Shown one piece after another: positions 28,839 to 38,135 of a stretch of 64,000 nucleotides of DNA (the stretch's first letter is position 1; the number at the start of each line of letters is the position of its first letter). The stretch is from Candidatus Omnitrophota bacterium. GTDB taxonomy: Bacteria > Omnitrophota > Gorgyraeia > Gygaellales > Profunditerraquicolaceae. Under the pieces are notes generated by a model. It had not been told where the DNA came from and did not search any database. It saw nothing but the letters and a program-made list of their open reading frames with translations. Location of the stretch: contig JALOQK010000004.1 of the NCBI GenBank assembly GCA_025453395.1, forward strand, positions 51,563 through 115,562, written 5' to 3'. The translations under genes were made by a program, and so were the position numbers.

Positions 28839-29969
28839 TTATTGCCGGCTATTTAATATTAAACTTCTAAAAACCGAAAGCTTATTCCCCCACCCTACTG
28901 TGCGCCATAAGCATAAAAGGTAATGCAGGAAAATCGCTTTCCTGCCTTTTACCTTTCGCCCTAATACTATACCACAAGCAAAATTATTTGCCATGGGAAT
29001 AATATAGCCCCAATCGCGCGGCTTAAAGACAGCCTTGGGTTTATTTTCTAAGGACCGCGCAATATTAAGCGCTACGGTATGGCCTTGGGCAATGGCAAAT
29101 TGCACGGCCATGCGCAAGAAACTCTTGCCTTGGCTAAAACAAGCGCTGTCTCCAGCGGCAAAACACCCCTCTCTAAATTCTAAATAATTATCCACCATGA
29201 TTCTTCCTTGAGGATTTTTAGGAATATTCAAGGTTTGGAGATACTGTGGAGTTTTTACTCCAGCTGCCCAAATAAGCAATGACTCTTTTAAAATAGTTTT
29301 ATCAGATAAAACTAAATCCTCCCCCTCTATATTCTCAATAAAAACCCCGCAGCGTATTTCAATACTCATAATTTTTAAATTACTCGCCACATAGTCTTTC
29401 ATCCACTCTGGCAAAGGGCCTAAAATAGAACTGGCGCGCTCTAAAATAATGACGGGCTTGGATATTTTTCGCTTTTGAAGATGCAGTTTTAAATTAGTTG
29501 CTACCTCTATTCCTGTGTAACCGGCCCCAGAAATAACAAAATTCTGGAAATCCTGGGCCCAAAGGCCATCAAGGATTTTTTGCGCGTCTGCAGGAGAATC
29601 TAACTTATAGGCATAATCCCTAATCTTGTTATTGCCATAAAAGTTTGTTTCTGTGCCAGTTGCAATTACCAAATAATCATAGTTCAAATTTATATGCGCG
29701 CAATGCGCAATTTTATTTTCCAGATCTAAACTTATTACTTCCTCTTGAATAAACTGACAACCGTATTTCTTAGCCAACGACCCTATAGGAAAATAAAGTT
29801 TGCTAGTTAAGATGCCCCTTCCGATACAATCCGGCATTAAGGGCAAACAATTAAAGCTGCCCCCCTTATCGATAATTGTTACGCTTATTTTATCCCGAAA
29901 AGAAGAAAGCCGCCATGCGGTAACTGCGCCGGCATACCCACAACCGATAATAACTACTTTTTTCTTCAT
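28839..29969 (-). CDS. NDH-2-like FAD-dependent pyridine nucleotide oxidoreductase
   Basis: IIGCGYAG, YDYLVIATG, GAGYTGIE, WAAGV, FAAGD, Q.AI.QG. Confidence 0.85.
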   Translation of the reverse strand: MKKKVVIIGCGYAGAVTAWRLSSFRDKISVTIIDKGGSFNCLPLMPDCIGRGILTSKLYFPIGSLAKKYGCQFIQEEVISLDLENKIAHCAHINLNYDYLVIATGTETNFYGNNKIRDYAYKLDSPADAQKILDGLWAQDFQNFVISGAGYTGIEVATNLKLHLQKRKISKPVIILERASSILGPLPEWMKDYVASNLKIMSIEIRCGVFIENIEGEDLVLSDKTILKESLLIWAAGVKTPQYLQTLNIPKNPQGRIMVDNYLEFREGCFAAGDSACFSQGKSFLRMAVQFAIAQGHTVALNIARSLENKPKAVFKPRDWGYIIPMANNFACGIVLGRKVKGRKAIFLHYLLCLWRTVGWGNKLSVFRSLILNSRQ

Positions 29970-30028
29970 ACAAGCTCAATCTATTTTCTCTATATTAACG
30001 GAATCCCGAACCTTCAGGATATTTTGCC

Positions 30029-30955
30029 CTAAGGATTCGGGGAAAATAGCGCCGCAATTAAAATTAAGCTTACTACCGCATTGAATTTAATGGTCAAGGC
30101 TGAAGACCGCAAAAGCAGCTGCTTGCTTGCGTAGTCAACCTTTAAAATCTTTGTTGCCTTAAAAACCATGGGCAAAAATAATAAAACCGCTAAAGCGCTT
30201 ATTTTCAAATATCCTATCGCTACCGCGCAAACTATAAAGATGACAGAAAGCCCCGCAAGCGCAGCGTATAGAATAAAGGCGCGCCTTGGTTGCAGAAAAT
30301 TTACCCAAGTGTATTTTCTTGCTTCTTTGTCCTGCGGATAATCCGGCACTTCATTGGCCAAAAGAATAGCGCTTGTCAACAATCCAAAAGGAACCGACAA
30401 AAAGAATGCTTTTAATGAGGGGAAAATCCCGGTTTGCAAAAAATAACCGCCCATAACAAGCGCGGGGCCGAATAAAAAAAAGATCACGACCTCTCCTGTC
30501 TGCCTGCAGGAGAATTTTAAAGGAGGCAAAGAATACCCCGCGCCCAAAAGTGCGATGAGAATAAAAACTAAAAAAGGGAGAAAACTTTTAATGATAAAAC
30601 ACAAGCTGACAACCGAAAATAAGGCCAAGAATAAAAACACAATGGATGAAAACAGATAGAAGCTTTCGGAAAGAATTCCTTCCTGAATAAGTTTTGATCC
30701 TCCAAACAACCCATAGAATTTCTTATCTTTCCAGTCGGCTGTATTCTGGGAATCCGCGTAATCATTGATAAGATTAGCTCCCAAATGCGTAAAAATAACT
30801 GCGCATAAACCTAAAACAAAGATAACCGGATGCAAAGCCTGCCTGCTTAATAAAGAGCCGAAAACAAAAGGAAGAATGCTTGCGCCCAAAAAAGGAATTC
30901 TAAAAGCGCGCGCTAAAACTGCCAGGCCTAAAGGACTTTTTGTTTGCATTACCAT
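30029..30955 (-). CDS. UbiA-family prenyltransferase, MenA-like
   Basis: NLINDYAD, GGS, YSLPP, ANEVPDYPQD..K.T. Confidence 0.8.
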   Translation of the reverse strand: MVMQTKSPLGLAVLARAFRIPFLGASILPFVFGSLLSRQALHPVIFVLGLCAVIFTHLGANLINDYADSQNTADWKDKKFYGLFGGSKLIQEGILSESFYLFSSIVFLFLALFSVVSLCFIIKSFLPFLVFILIALLGAGYSLPPLKFSCRQTGEVVIFFLFGPALVMGGYFLQTGIFPSLKAFFLSVPFGLLTSAILLANEVPDYPQDKEARKYTWVNFLQPRRAFILYAALAGLSVIFIVCAVAIGYLKISALAVLLFLPMVFKATKILKVDYASKQLLLRSSALTIKFNAVVSLILIAALFSPNP

Positions 30956-30959
30956 ATAC

Positions 30960-30973
30960 TTATGTTAACATAA
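30960..30973. promoter_or_regulatory. Palindromic bidirectional extended -10 promoter
   Basis: TTATGTTAACATAA is a perfect palindrome giving TGT-TAACAT on each strand, 6 nt from both divergent ATGs. Confidence 0.65.
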
Positions 30974-30977
30974 TCTG

Positions 30978-32030
30978 ATGAACTTGAAAATCAAAAATAC
31001 TATTGATAAAAGAATAAAAGAATTCCTGAATAAGGCTGACAGCTGTTATAAGATCAAGCGGCTCTCCCCTATTTTGTCAAATACCATCCGGGAATTTGTT
31101 ACGCGCGATGGAAAAAGAGTCCGCCCCATACTTTTTATTCTGGGGTACCTGGGATTCAATAAAAAAGAGGCGAAAGGACTATATGAAAGCGCTATTTCAA
31201 TAGAATTACTGCATGATTTTATGTTAGTGCATGACGACATAATTGATAAATCAGGGCTCCGCCGCGGCAAACCTTCTATGCATAAGATCTTTGACAGGCA
31301 CATAGCCGAAAATAAAAATATAAAATTTAGCGGGCAAGATTTAGCGATTGTCGCAGGAGATGTAATGTACGCAATGGGCTTGGCCTCTTTTTTGTCTATT
31401 GATGTAGCCAAAGACAAAAAGGAAAAAGCCATGCGTAAGCTCATTGAAGCCGCAATTAATACTGGAAGCGGAGAATTCTTAGAGCTTATGTTAGCGGCCA
31501 AGGATATAAGCAAGATTAAAAAAGAGCAGATCTACCAGGTCTATGATTACAAAACTGCCTGTTACACCTTTGCCTCTCCTCTTGCCATAGGCGCGATCCT
31601 TGCGGGAGCGAATAACCAAGAAGCGCAAAAACTTTATGACTACGGCATATACCTGGGCAGGGCCTTCCAGATCAAAGACGACATTTTAGGGATGTTCTCC
31701 AGCGAAGAGGAAACCGGCAAGCCCCTGATATCAGACTTACAAGAATCCAAAAGAACGCTTCTTATGTGGCATGCCTATCAAATGGGGACTTTTGTACAAA
31801 AAAAATATATAAAGAAAGTCTTATCTGGAGAAAAAATCGGGATGCGCGAATTAAAACTTACCCAGGATATACTTATTTCTTCAGGCTCACTTGCCAAAAC
31901 AAAAGAAGATATTGTTTATTACGCTTCTTGCGCTAAGAAATCACTCTCAAACTCAAAAATCTCACCTGAAATTAAAGATTACCTCGACCAATACTCAAGC
32001 CTTATCCTTAATATCCAACCGGACAAATAA
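30978..32030 (+). CDS. Short-chain polyprenyl diphosphate (GGPP) synthase, IdsA/CrtE-like
   Basis: GKRVRP, FMLVHDDIID..RRG (aromatic at -5 of first DDxxD), KTA.YT, FQIKDD. Confidence 0.9.
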   Translation: MNLKIKNTIDKRIKEFLNKADSCYKIKRLSPILSNTIREFVTRDGKRVRPILFILGYLGFNKKEAKGLYESAISIELLHDFMLVHDDIIDKSGLRRGKPSMHKIFDRHIAENKNIKFSGQDLAIVAGDVMYAMGLASFLSIDVAKDKKEKAMRKLIEAAINTGSGEFLELMLAAKDISKIKKEQIYQVYDYKTACYTFASPLAIGAILAGANNQEAQKLYDYGIYLGRAFQIKDDILGMFSSEEETGKPLISDLQESKRTLLMWHAYQMGTFVQKKYIKKVLSGEKIGMRELKLTQDILISSGSLAKTKEDIVYYASCAKKSLSNSKISPEIKDYLDQYSSLILNIQPDK

Positions 32031-32898
32031 ACCTGCATTTCCCGGATTTAAAATCATTGGCTAACTCATTGCCAGGGTCAAGCATAAAAGCCCAATCAAG
32101 GTATTTCTTAAAACCCTCTTCATCTTTATTCATCCGGCAGGCTTGCGCTAACCGCACATAGATATCCGCGAAACGCGGGTCTTTATCTTTAGCCTTCTCT
32201 AAATATTCCAAGGCTAACTTTTTGTTGCCTCCAACTAAAGTAGGCGAAAGAAGATAATAAGAGCCTAAGCCAAAATAAACTTGCGCATCGTAAGGCGCTA
32301 AACTTTGCGCTTTTCTTAAAAGCGGCAATATCTTTCTTCCGTGTGATAACTTCACGATTATCCCGCCATAATGCGCAACCATACCCTTATTAGCGGTCAA
32401 CATTAAGATTGCCCTAAGATAATTTTCTTTATCCATCTGTTCGCTCCCCAGATCAACAATCTCTTGGGTCAAATCCATAGCCTTGTGGAATTCCCCTTCC
32501 AGATAATAAATATAGACGCGCGATAGCCGCGCGGGAATAAATTCCGGATGATCCGCTATAATTTCATCAAGGATCAACTTACTCTCTTCAAGATCATGCT
32601 TCCGGCGTAAGATTTCAGCTACGCCCCACTGCGCCGGGAAAAAAGAAGGAGCTATTTTTCTTACTTTTATAAATACCTCTTTAGCTTTATCTTCCTGGCG
32701 CGCGGAAAGATAAACCAATCCTAAGACATAAAGATCGTCTTGCGAAACAGATTTGGATAACGCATCCGCGCTTACGCTATTTAAGTTTATACCACTTGCC
32801 TTATCGTGCAGGGTTTTCCAGTTGGCAGCAAACACAGGATGGATAAAAAAAACCACAATTATGAAAAATAACACCTTACTTCTTAACATATCCTGCAT
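32008..32898 (-). CDS. Exported TPR-repeat protein
   Basis: Signal peptide, helical TPR-like repeats. Confidence 0.6.
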   Translation of the reverse strand: MQDMLRSKVLFFIIVVFFIHPVFAANWKTLHDKASGINLNSVSADALSKSVSQDDLYVLGLVYLSARQEDKAKEVFIKVRKIAPSFFPAQWGVAEILRRKHDLEESKLILDEIIADHPEFIPARLSRVYIYYLEGEFHKAMDLTQEIVDLGSEQMDKENYLRAILMLTANKGMVAHYGGIIVKLSHGRKILPLLRKAQSLAPYDAQVYFGLGSYYLLSPTLVGGNKKLALEYLEKAKDKDPRFADIYVRLAQACRMNKDEEGFKKYLDWAFMLDPGNELANDFKSGKCRFICPVGY

Positions 32899-33187
32899 CC
32901 TTTCTCTTAAAGAATTCCCAGAAAATAATGGTCAAACTTACCATACTAAAACCAAACAGGAAATCCTCAAGCGGAATACTGCCCAGCCTGATACCTAAAA
33001 ATGCTTCCTGGGAATACAAGACAATGTGCCGGGCGGTAAGATAGCCATTAACCACAAGCTTAAAAATGAAAATAATCAATAAAAACAGATAGAAAATTTT
33101 CTTTTTCAGGATATTTATCTTTAGGTAATTATCCAAAAATAGCACCAAAAGAATAGATATTGAGCATAAGAATGTGTATTCGCGCAT
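32876..33187 (-). CDS. Lycopene cyclase domain protein (heterodimeric CrtYc/Yd- or CrtYe/Yf-type subunit)
   Basis: NGYLT..IV.Y, GIRLGSIPLEDFLF. Confidence 0.85.
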   Translation of the reverse strand: MREYTFLCSISILLVLFLDNYLKINILKKKIFYLFLLIIFIFKLVVNGYLTARHIVLYSQEAFLGIRLGSIPLEDFLFGFSMVSLTIIFWEFFKRKDAGYVKK

Positions 33188-33190
33188 AGC

Positions 33191-33499
33191 TTATTTATTT
33201 TTCCTTAAAAACTCCAAGGCCTCCCAAGTGAAAATACAGCAAAACGGGATAACCACAAAAAATAACACCTCCTCCAGCGGCAGATTTATAATTTTTATTC
33301 CCCAGACTGCCCGAGGGTTAAAATACCAATGATTACGCCAGACTGCGAAAACATCCCATGAGCCGAAAATAATAACGATCAGAGATATAGAAAAGACAAG
33401 CGCGCGATAGTTTCTATAGAACCCAAGCCTGGGGTAAAAACTAAGCGCCAAAGGAAGTATCCCCGCTAATAACAAAACTTTCATATATAAAGAAACCAT
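33191..33499 (-). CDS. Lycopene cyclase domain protein (second subunit)
   Basis: WD.FA....W.FN, LPLEEVLFF..IP. Confidence 0.85.
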   Translation of the reverse strand: MVSLYMKVLLLAGILPLALSFYPRLGFYRNYRALVFSISLIVIIFGSWDVFAVWRNHWYFNPRAVWGIKIINLPLEEVLFFVVIPFCCIFTWEALEFLRKNK

Positions 33500-33564
33500 A
33501 GTTACATTGTAAGTTTAAAACAAAGCATTGGCAAGCGCTTAATTTTTAGGTTAAAATATACCCT

Positions 33565-34347
33565 ATGCCAACAAACGCAGAACAAGGATTCTTAATTGCC
33601 AGGGGAATGACTAAGAAATGCGCCAGAAACTTTTATTCTGCTTCATTGTTTCTGCCTAAGGAAGAAAGAATGGCAAGCTTTGCAGTATACGCGGTCTGCA
33701 GAATAAGCGATCAAGCGGTAGACAGCCCCGCCAATGGATCCCTGGAAAACATCCAGCGCGTACAAAGAATAATAGATTCCTGCTATCAAAATACAAAGCT
33801 TGATTCAGCGCTTCTTTTTGCTTTCCGGGATACAATACTAAAATACAACATCCCCAAAGAATATTTTGATAAACTCTTAGAAGGCATGCGCATGGATCTT
33901 ACTAAGAAACGCTACGCGAATTTCACGCAATTGGATGATTATTGCTATAAGGCTGCCGGGGTCATCGGGCTTATTATGTTAAAAATATTCCACTGCGATA
34001 TTCCCGAGGCAAAAGAACACGCAATTAACTTAGGCAAGGCGATGCAGCTGACCAATATCCTGCGGGATATCAAAGAGGATTTCGCTCTGGGCAGGATATA
34101 TTTGCCTGGCGACGAATTATCCTGCTATAAAATAACAGAAGAGCAAATCCGCGATTACATAATAGACGATAACTTCAGGTCGTTCTTAAAGTTTCAGATA
34201 GCTCGCGCGCGAGAATATTATCAAGAGGCTGAAAAAGGAATCTATTTGATAAAAAACTTTCGTTTCCGCCTGGTAATTGGATTGATGTCAGGCCGTTACC
34301 GCCATATACTCAAACGCATAGAAAGAAATATTTTACCATGCGCATAA
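33565..34347 (+). CDS. crtB: Phytoene synthase
   Basis: FYSAS.FLP, VYAVCR.SD..D, GM.MDL, YCYKAAG.IG, QLTNILRDIKED...GRIYLP. Confidence 0.9.
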   Translation: MPTNAEQGFLIARGMTKKCARNFYSASLFLPKEERMASFAVYAVCRISDQAVDSPANGSLENIQRVQRIIDSCYQNTKLDSALLFAFRDTILKYNIPKEYFDKLLEGMRMDLTKKRYANFTQLDDYCYKAAGVIGLIMLKIFHCDIPEAKEHAINLGKAMQLTNILRDIKEDFALGRIYLPGDELSCYKITEEQIRDYIIDDNFRSFLKFQIARAREYYQEAEKGIYLIKNFRFRLVIGLMSGRYRHILKRIERNILPCA

Positions 34348-35183
34348 ACCTTGCCAAATCCGCTGGATTTTGTTTTGGGGTAAAAAGAGCGATTAAAATC
34401 GCTTTAGAACTTGCCTCTTCCGGGAATAACGTAGAGATGCTCGGAGATATCGTCCATAATGAAACAGTTGTGGAAGGCATAAAAAAAGCAGGCGTAGATA
34501 AGGTTTCCCGACTAAAATGCGGCAGGAATAAGATTTTGCTTATCCGCGCGCATGGGGCCTGCGAGAAAACAATCCAAAAAGCAAAAACACTGGGCTACAG
34601 AATAGTTGATGCCACCTGCCCAATGGTCAAAGAGATCCATAAAATCGTCAAGGCCTATGATAAAAATGGCTACCGCATAGTTATTATCGGAGACCAAAAG
34701 CATGATGAGGTGCATGGCATCGCAGGGCAAGTAGACAATAAGGCAATTATAATTTCTGATGAAAACAAAATTCCGCTTAATAAATTAAGGCTTAATGACA
34801 AGCTGTGCCTTGTTTCCCAGTCCACCCAGACAGAGAAAAAGGTAAATAAAATCTACTCCCTGATAAAACCTTGCGTTAAGGAGTTAAAGTTTTTTAATAC
34901 TATCTGTGCCCCTACCCGCGCCAAACAAAAAGAGATCAAGGATATGCCGCTAAAGAACGATGTGATGATTGTTATTGGCTCGCGGACTTCCGCCAATACC
35001 AAAAGGCTTTATGAAATATCATGGAGGCTGAATAAACGCACTTACTGGGTAGAAGATCCGGCAGAACTTCAAAAGCAATGGTTCAGGCATGCCAAAAACA
35101 TCGGGGTTACTTCCGGGGCGTCCACTCCCTGCCAAACAACAGACCAAATCATTAAAAAAATAAAGAATTTTAACGTAAAATAA
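34338..35183 (+). CDS. ispH: 4-hydroxy-3-methylbut-2-enyl diphosphate reductase
   Basis: AGFCFGVKRA, RAHG, DATCP, SQST, TIC, SANT, GASTP. Confidence 0.95.
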   Translation: MRINLAKSAGFCFGVKRAIKIALELASSGNNVEMLGDIVHNETVVEGIKKAGVDKVSRLKCGRNKILLIRAHGACEKTIQKAKTLGYRIVDATCPMVKEIHKIVKAYDKNGYRIVIIGDQKHDEVHGIAGQVDNKAIIISDENKIPLNKLRLNDKLCLVSQSTQTEKKVNKIYSLIKPCVKELKFFNTICAPTRAKQKEIKDMPLKNDVMIVIGSRTSANTKRLYEISWRLNKRTYWVEDPAELQKQWFRHAKNIGVTSGASTPCQTTDQIIKKIKNFNVK

Positions 35184-36609
35184 GCCCTGCGGCGATACGG
35201 GAACTAGCAATCACCGGAGGAAGCCCCCCTCCTGGCTGGGTACTTGCACCAACATAAAATAAATTCTTTATTCTGGAATCATAATTGACTGGCCTAAAGA
35301 ATGCGCTCTGCATTAAATTATGCGCTAAGCCGAAAGTCGCGCCGTATTCTATGTTATAACGCCCAATAAAATCAGCGGGATAAAAATGATGCTCGATTTC
35401 AATCAAATCCTCAACGTTCTGGCCGCAGACATGGCTTATTTTATCCAGCGTAATCTTTCTTAAGCGCTCTCTATGCCCCCGGAGAGAATCTTCTGTATGC
35501 TCCAGGTTAGCTGTGGGAATAAGGATATAAAGGATCTCTTTATCCATGGGCGCAAGTGACTGGTCTGTTACTGTTGGCACATGCACATAAAAAGAGGGGT
35601 CAAAAGGGGCCTGAACTGTTTGAAAGATCTCGTGGAGGTTGCGCTTGATATCGCTTGAGAAGAATAAGTTATGATGCGCAAGATGGCTTATTTTCTTCTT
35701 AAGCCCCAGATAAATCAGAAAAACAGAACAGGAATATTTATACTGAGGCAGCTTTCTTCCTAGAAGATGCCTCTGCGTATAAGAATAATCTGCGCTTGAG
35801 ACAACCGCATCATAAGAAACCTCTTTTTCTTTAAAACGAATGGTTAACCCCGAATGACCATGGCTAATCTTTTCCGCTGGGTGGTCATAATAAAATTTAA
35901 CCCCAAATTTACGGCAGATACTTTCAAGCGCTTGCGGTATTTTATACATGCCTCCCATGGGATGAAAAACCTTCTGCATATGATCAGCGTAACTTATAAT
36001 ACTATAAAACGCGGGCGCATCAAAACAAGACACCCCCATGAACATTGCCTCAAAGGTAAAGGCATAGCGCAGTTTTTCACTTTTGAAATATTTAGAGGCG
36101 ATATCCCAGTATGATTTGAATATATGCAGCTTAAAAGGCAGCCACATATAGCGGATAGATAGGATATCTTTTGCGGAAAAACACCTGTAAAGAAGAGGCT
36201 TTACCGCTTTATAAATATCGCCTGTGGCATTTATAAAATCATTAAAACGGCGCGAGCTACCCGGCTCTATGCGCTCCAGCTGTTCACAGGTGAGTTTTGT
36301 GTCATGATATACAGTTAATGTTTTTCTATCGGAAAAGAATATTTTATAGTGGACATCGAGGGCTCTTAAATCAAGATAATCTTTTATATCCAAGCCACAG
36401 TAAGAAAAAAGCTCATTGAAGAAATCCGGCATCAGTACGAAAGAAGGCCCGGTATCGAACTTAAAGCCTTTGTCCTCTATGATATTGTTTCGCCCTCCGG
36501 GACGGGAAAGTTTTTCGTGGACTTCTACATCTAGATTATGGTAGGCAAGCCGCATTGCTGTGGCCAATCCTGAAACACCGGCGCCAACAATACCAACTGT
36601 CTTTGCCAT
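35170..36609 (-). CDS. crtI: Phytoene desaturase
   Basis: VGAGVSGLA, PGGR, FDTGPS, HP.GG, PSFYVH.P..TD..LAP, GASTQPGGG.P. Confidence 0.9.
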   Translation of the reverse strand: MAKTVGIVGAGVSGLATAMRLAYHNLDVEVHEKLSRPGGRNNIIEDKGFKFDTGPSFVLMPDFFNELFSYCGLDIKDYLDLRALDVHYKIFFSDRKTLTVYHDTKLTCEQLERIEPGSSRRFNDFINATGDIYKAVKPLLYRCFSAKDILSIRYMWLPFKLHIFKSYWDIASKYFKSEKLRYAFTFEAMFMGVSCFDAPAFYSIISYADHMQKVFHPMGGMYKIPQALESICRKFGVKFYYDHPAEKISHGHSGLTIRFKEKEVSYDAVVSSADYSYTQRHLLGRKLPQYKYSCSVFLIYLGLKKKISHLAHHNLFFSSDIKRNLHEIFQTVQAPFDPSFYVHVPTVTDQSLAPMDKEILYILIPTANLEHTEDSLRGHRERLRKITLDKISHVCGQNVEDLIEIEHHFYPADFIGRYNIEYGATFGLAHNLMQSAFFRPVNYDSRIKNLFYVGASTQPGGGLPPVIASSRIAAGLILR

Positions 36610-36629
36610 AAAGGCACCCCTCTTTCTTA

Positions 36630-37973
36630 TTAAGCTAAATCCGGAAGGTCTTTAAGAGATTTTCTTATTTCCGCTTTAGGGTAGGCGTAGTTTTTAAGTT
36701 CTCCGGCTAAGAATTTATCATAAGAGGATAAATCCAAGAAACCATGCCCGCTGAAATTAAAAACAATACACCCCTTCTTTTTTCTTTTGGCAATATCTAT
36801 TACCGCCTTTACGGCATGGGCGGTTTCCGGAGCAGGGACAATACCTTCAGCGCGCGCGAAATCACAAGCTGCCTCAAACACCTCTAATTGATTATAGGAA
36901 ACCGAATCAATGATCCCTTTTTCCTGCAAGGCGCTTACAATCGGAGAACAACCGTGATAACGCAAACCTCCCGCGTGAATCCCGGGAGGAATAAAGTTGT
37001 GGCCTAAGGTGAACATCTTGATAAGAGGCGTTAACCGCACTGTATCGCCATAATCATATTTATACACGCCTTTTGTCAGACTAGGACAAGCCGCCGGCTC
37101 AACCGCAACTATCTTTAAGCAGCCATCTTTCATGCATTGCTTAACAAAGGGGAAAGCAAAACCCGCAAAATTACTTCCGCCGCCCACACAAGCCACAAGA
37201 TAATCCGGCTTCTCGCCAAAAACTTTAAGTTGTTTTTTAAGCTCCAGACCTATGACAGTCTGATGCAGCATCACATGGTTTAGGACGCTTCCTAAACAAT
37301 ATTTCGTATCCTTGTCCCCGACGGCATCCTCTACCGCTTCGGATATAGCAATGCCTAAACTACCCTGGCAATGCGGATCTTTTGCCAAAACTTCCCTGCC
37401 GCTGTTAGTTGTATCCGAAGGAGAAGCCAAAACCTGCGCGCCCCAGATATGCATAAGAGACTTGCGAAAAGGTTTTTGATGAAAACTTACCTTCACCATA
37501 TATATGCGGCATTCTAAACCAAAGATATTACAGGCAAAACTCAAAGCCGCCCCCCACTGTCCGGCGCCGGTTTCCGTAGTTAAACGTTTGACCCCTTCTT
37601 TTTTATTGTAATAAACTTGGGCTACTGAAGTATTGGTCTTGTGGCTGCCGGTGGGAGACACGCTTTCATCTTTATAATAGATACGACACTTAGTCTTTAA
37701 GTGTTTTTCTAAGTTTCTGGCTCTTTTTAAAGGAGTCGGCCTCCACAAACGATAAATCTGCCGGACATCTTCCGGCACGCCAATCCATTTTTCGCAAGAC
37801 ATCTCCTGTTGTATCAAGGCATCAGGGAATATCGGGCTTAAATCATCCCTGTTTAAAGGCTTGCGTGTTTGCGGATTTATAGGAGGCGGCAGCTTAAAAG
37901 GCAAATCACTTAAAAGATTATACCAGCTGCTGGGGATATCTTTTTCGCTCAGGCTAACCCTTAGTCTGTCCAT
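36630..37973 (-). CDS. trpB2: TrpB2-type tryptophan synthase beta chain
   Basis: [51 protein letters not shown]. Confidence 0.92.
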   Translation of the reverse strand: MDRLRVSLSEKDIPSSWYNLLSDLPFKLPPPINPQTRKPLNRDDLSPIFPDALIQQEMSCEKWIGVPEDVRQIYRLWRPTPLKRARNLEKHLKTKCRIYYKDESVSPTGSHKTNTSVAQVYYNKKEGVKRLTTETGAGQWGAALSFACNIFGLECRIYMVKVSFHQKPFRKSLMHIWGAQVLASPSDTTNSGREVLAKDPHCQGSLGIAISEAVEDAVGDKDTKYCLGSVLNHVMLHQTVIGLELKKQLKVFGEKPDYLVACVGGGSNFAGFAFPFVKQCMKDGCLKIVAVEPAACPSLTKGVYKYDYGDTVRLTPLIKMFTLGHNFIPPGIHAGGLRYHGCSPIVSALQEKGIIDSVSYNQLEVFEAACDFARAEGIVPAPETAHAVKAVIDIAKRKKKGCIVFNFSGHGFLDLSSYDKFLAGELKNYAYPKAEIRKSLKDLPDLA

Positions 37974-37977
37974 ACGC

Positions 37978-38058
37978 TTATCCCAAACAAGGTTTTCTGC
38001 CTTTATTGGCTTTCTTAGAACGCCAGTTTAATTTACCTCTACGTTTACGTTTTCCCAT
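37978..38058 (-). CDS. 26-aa basic micro-protein [26 protein letters not shown], bL37-like
   Basis: SD AAAGGGG upstream; TAA 4 nt before the trpB2 ATG; K-A-N-x-G-[KR]-[KR]-P resembles actinobacterial bL37. Confidence 0.6.
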   Translation of the reverse strand: MGKRKRRGKLNWRSKKANKGRKPCLG

Positions 38059-38063
38059 ATCTG

Positions 38064-38130
38064 CCCCTTTCATAGTAATGAACACCGCCCCAGAAAGGGG
38101 CGTACTTTGCCTTCCAATAGGCAAAGGTAC
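38064..38130 (-). ncRNA. Candidate cis-regulatory structured RNA, copy B (three hairpins plus SD of the micro-ORF)
   Basis: GTAC-CTTTGCC-TATTGGAA-GGCAAAG-TA-CGCCCC-TTTCT-GGGGCG-GTG-TTCAT-TACT-ATGAA-AGGGG. Confidence 0.6.
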
Positions 38131-38135
38131 GACTT

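Noticed and set aside
28756-28839. Cys/Arg-rich N-terminal extension of DoxX (and of LemA at 12542-12598) suggesting metal-binding peptides
   Set aside because: These are translations through the RNA motif; strong SDs place the real starts at 28755 and 12541.
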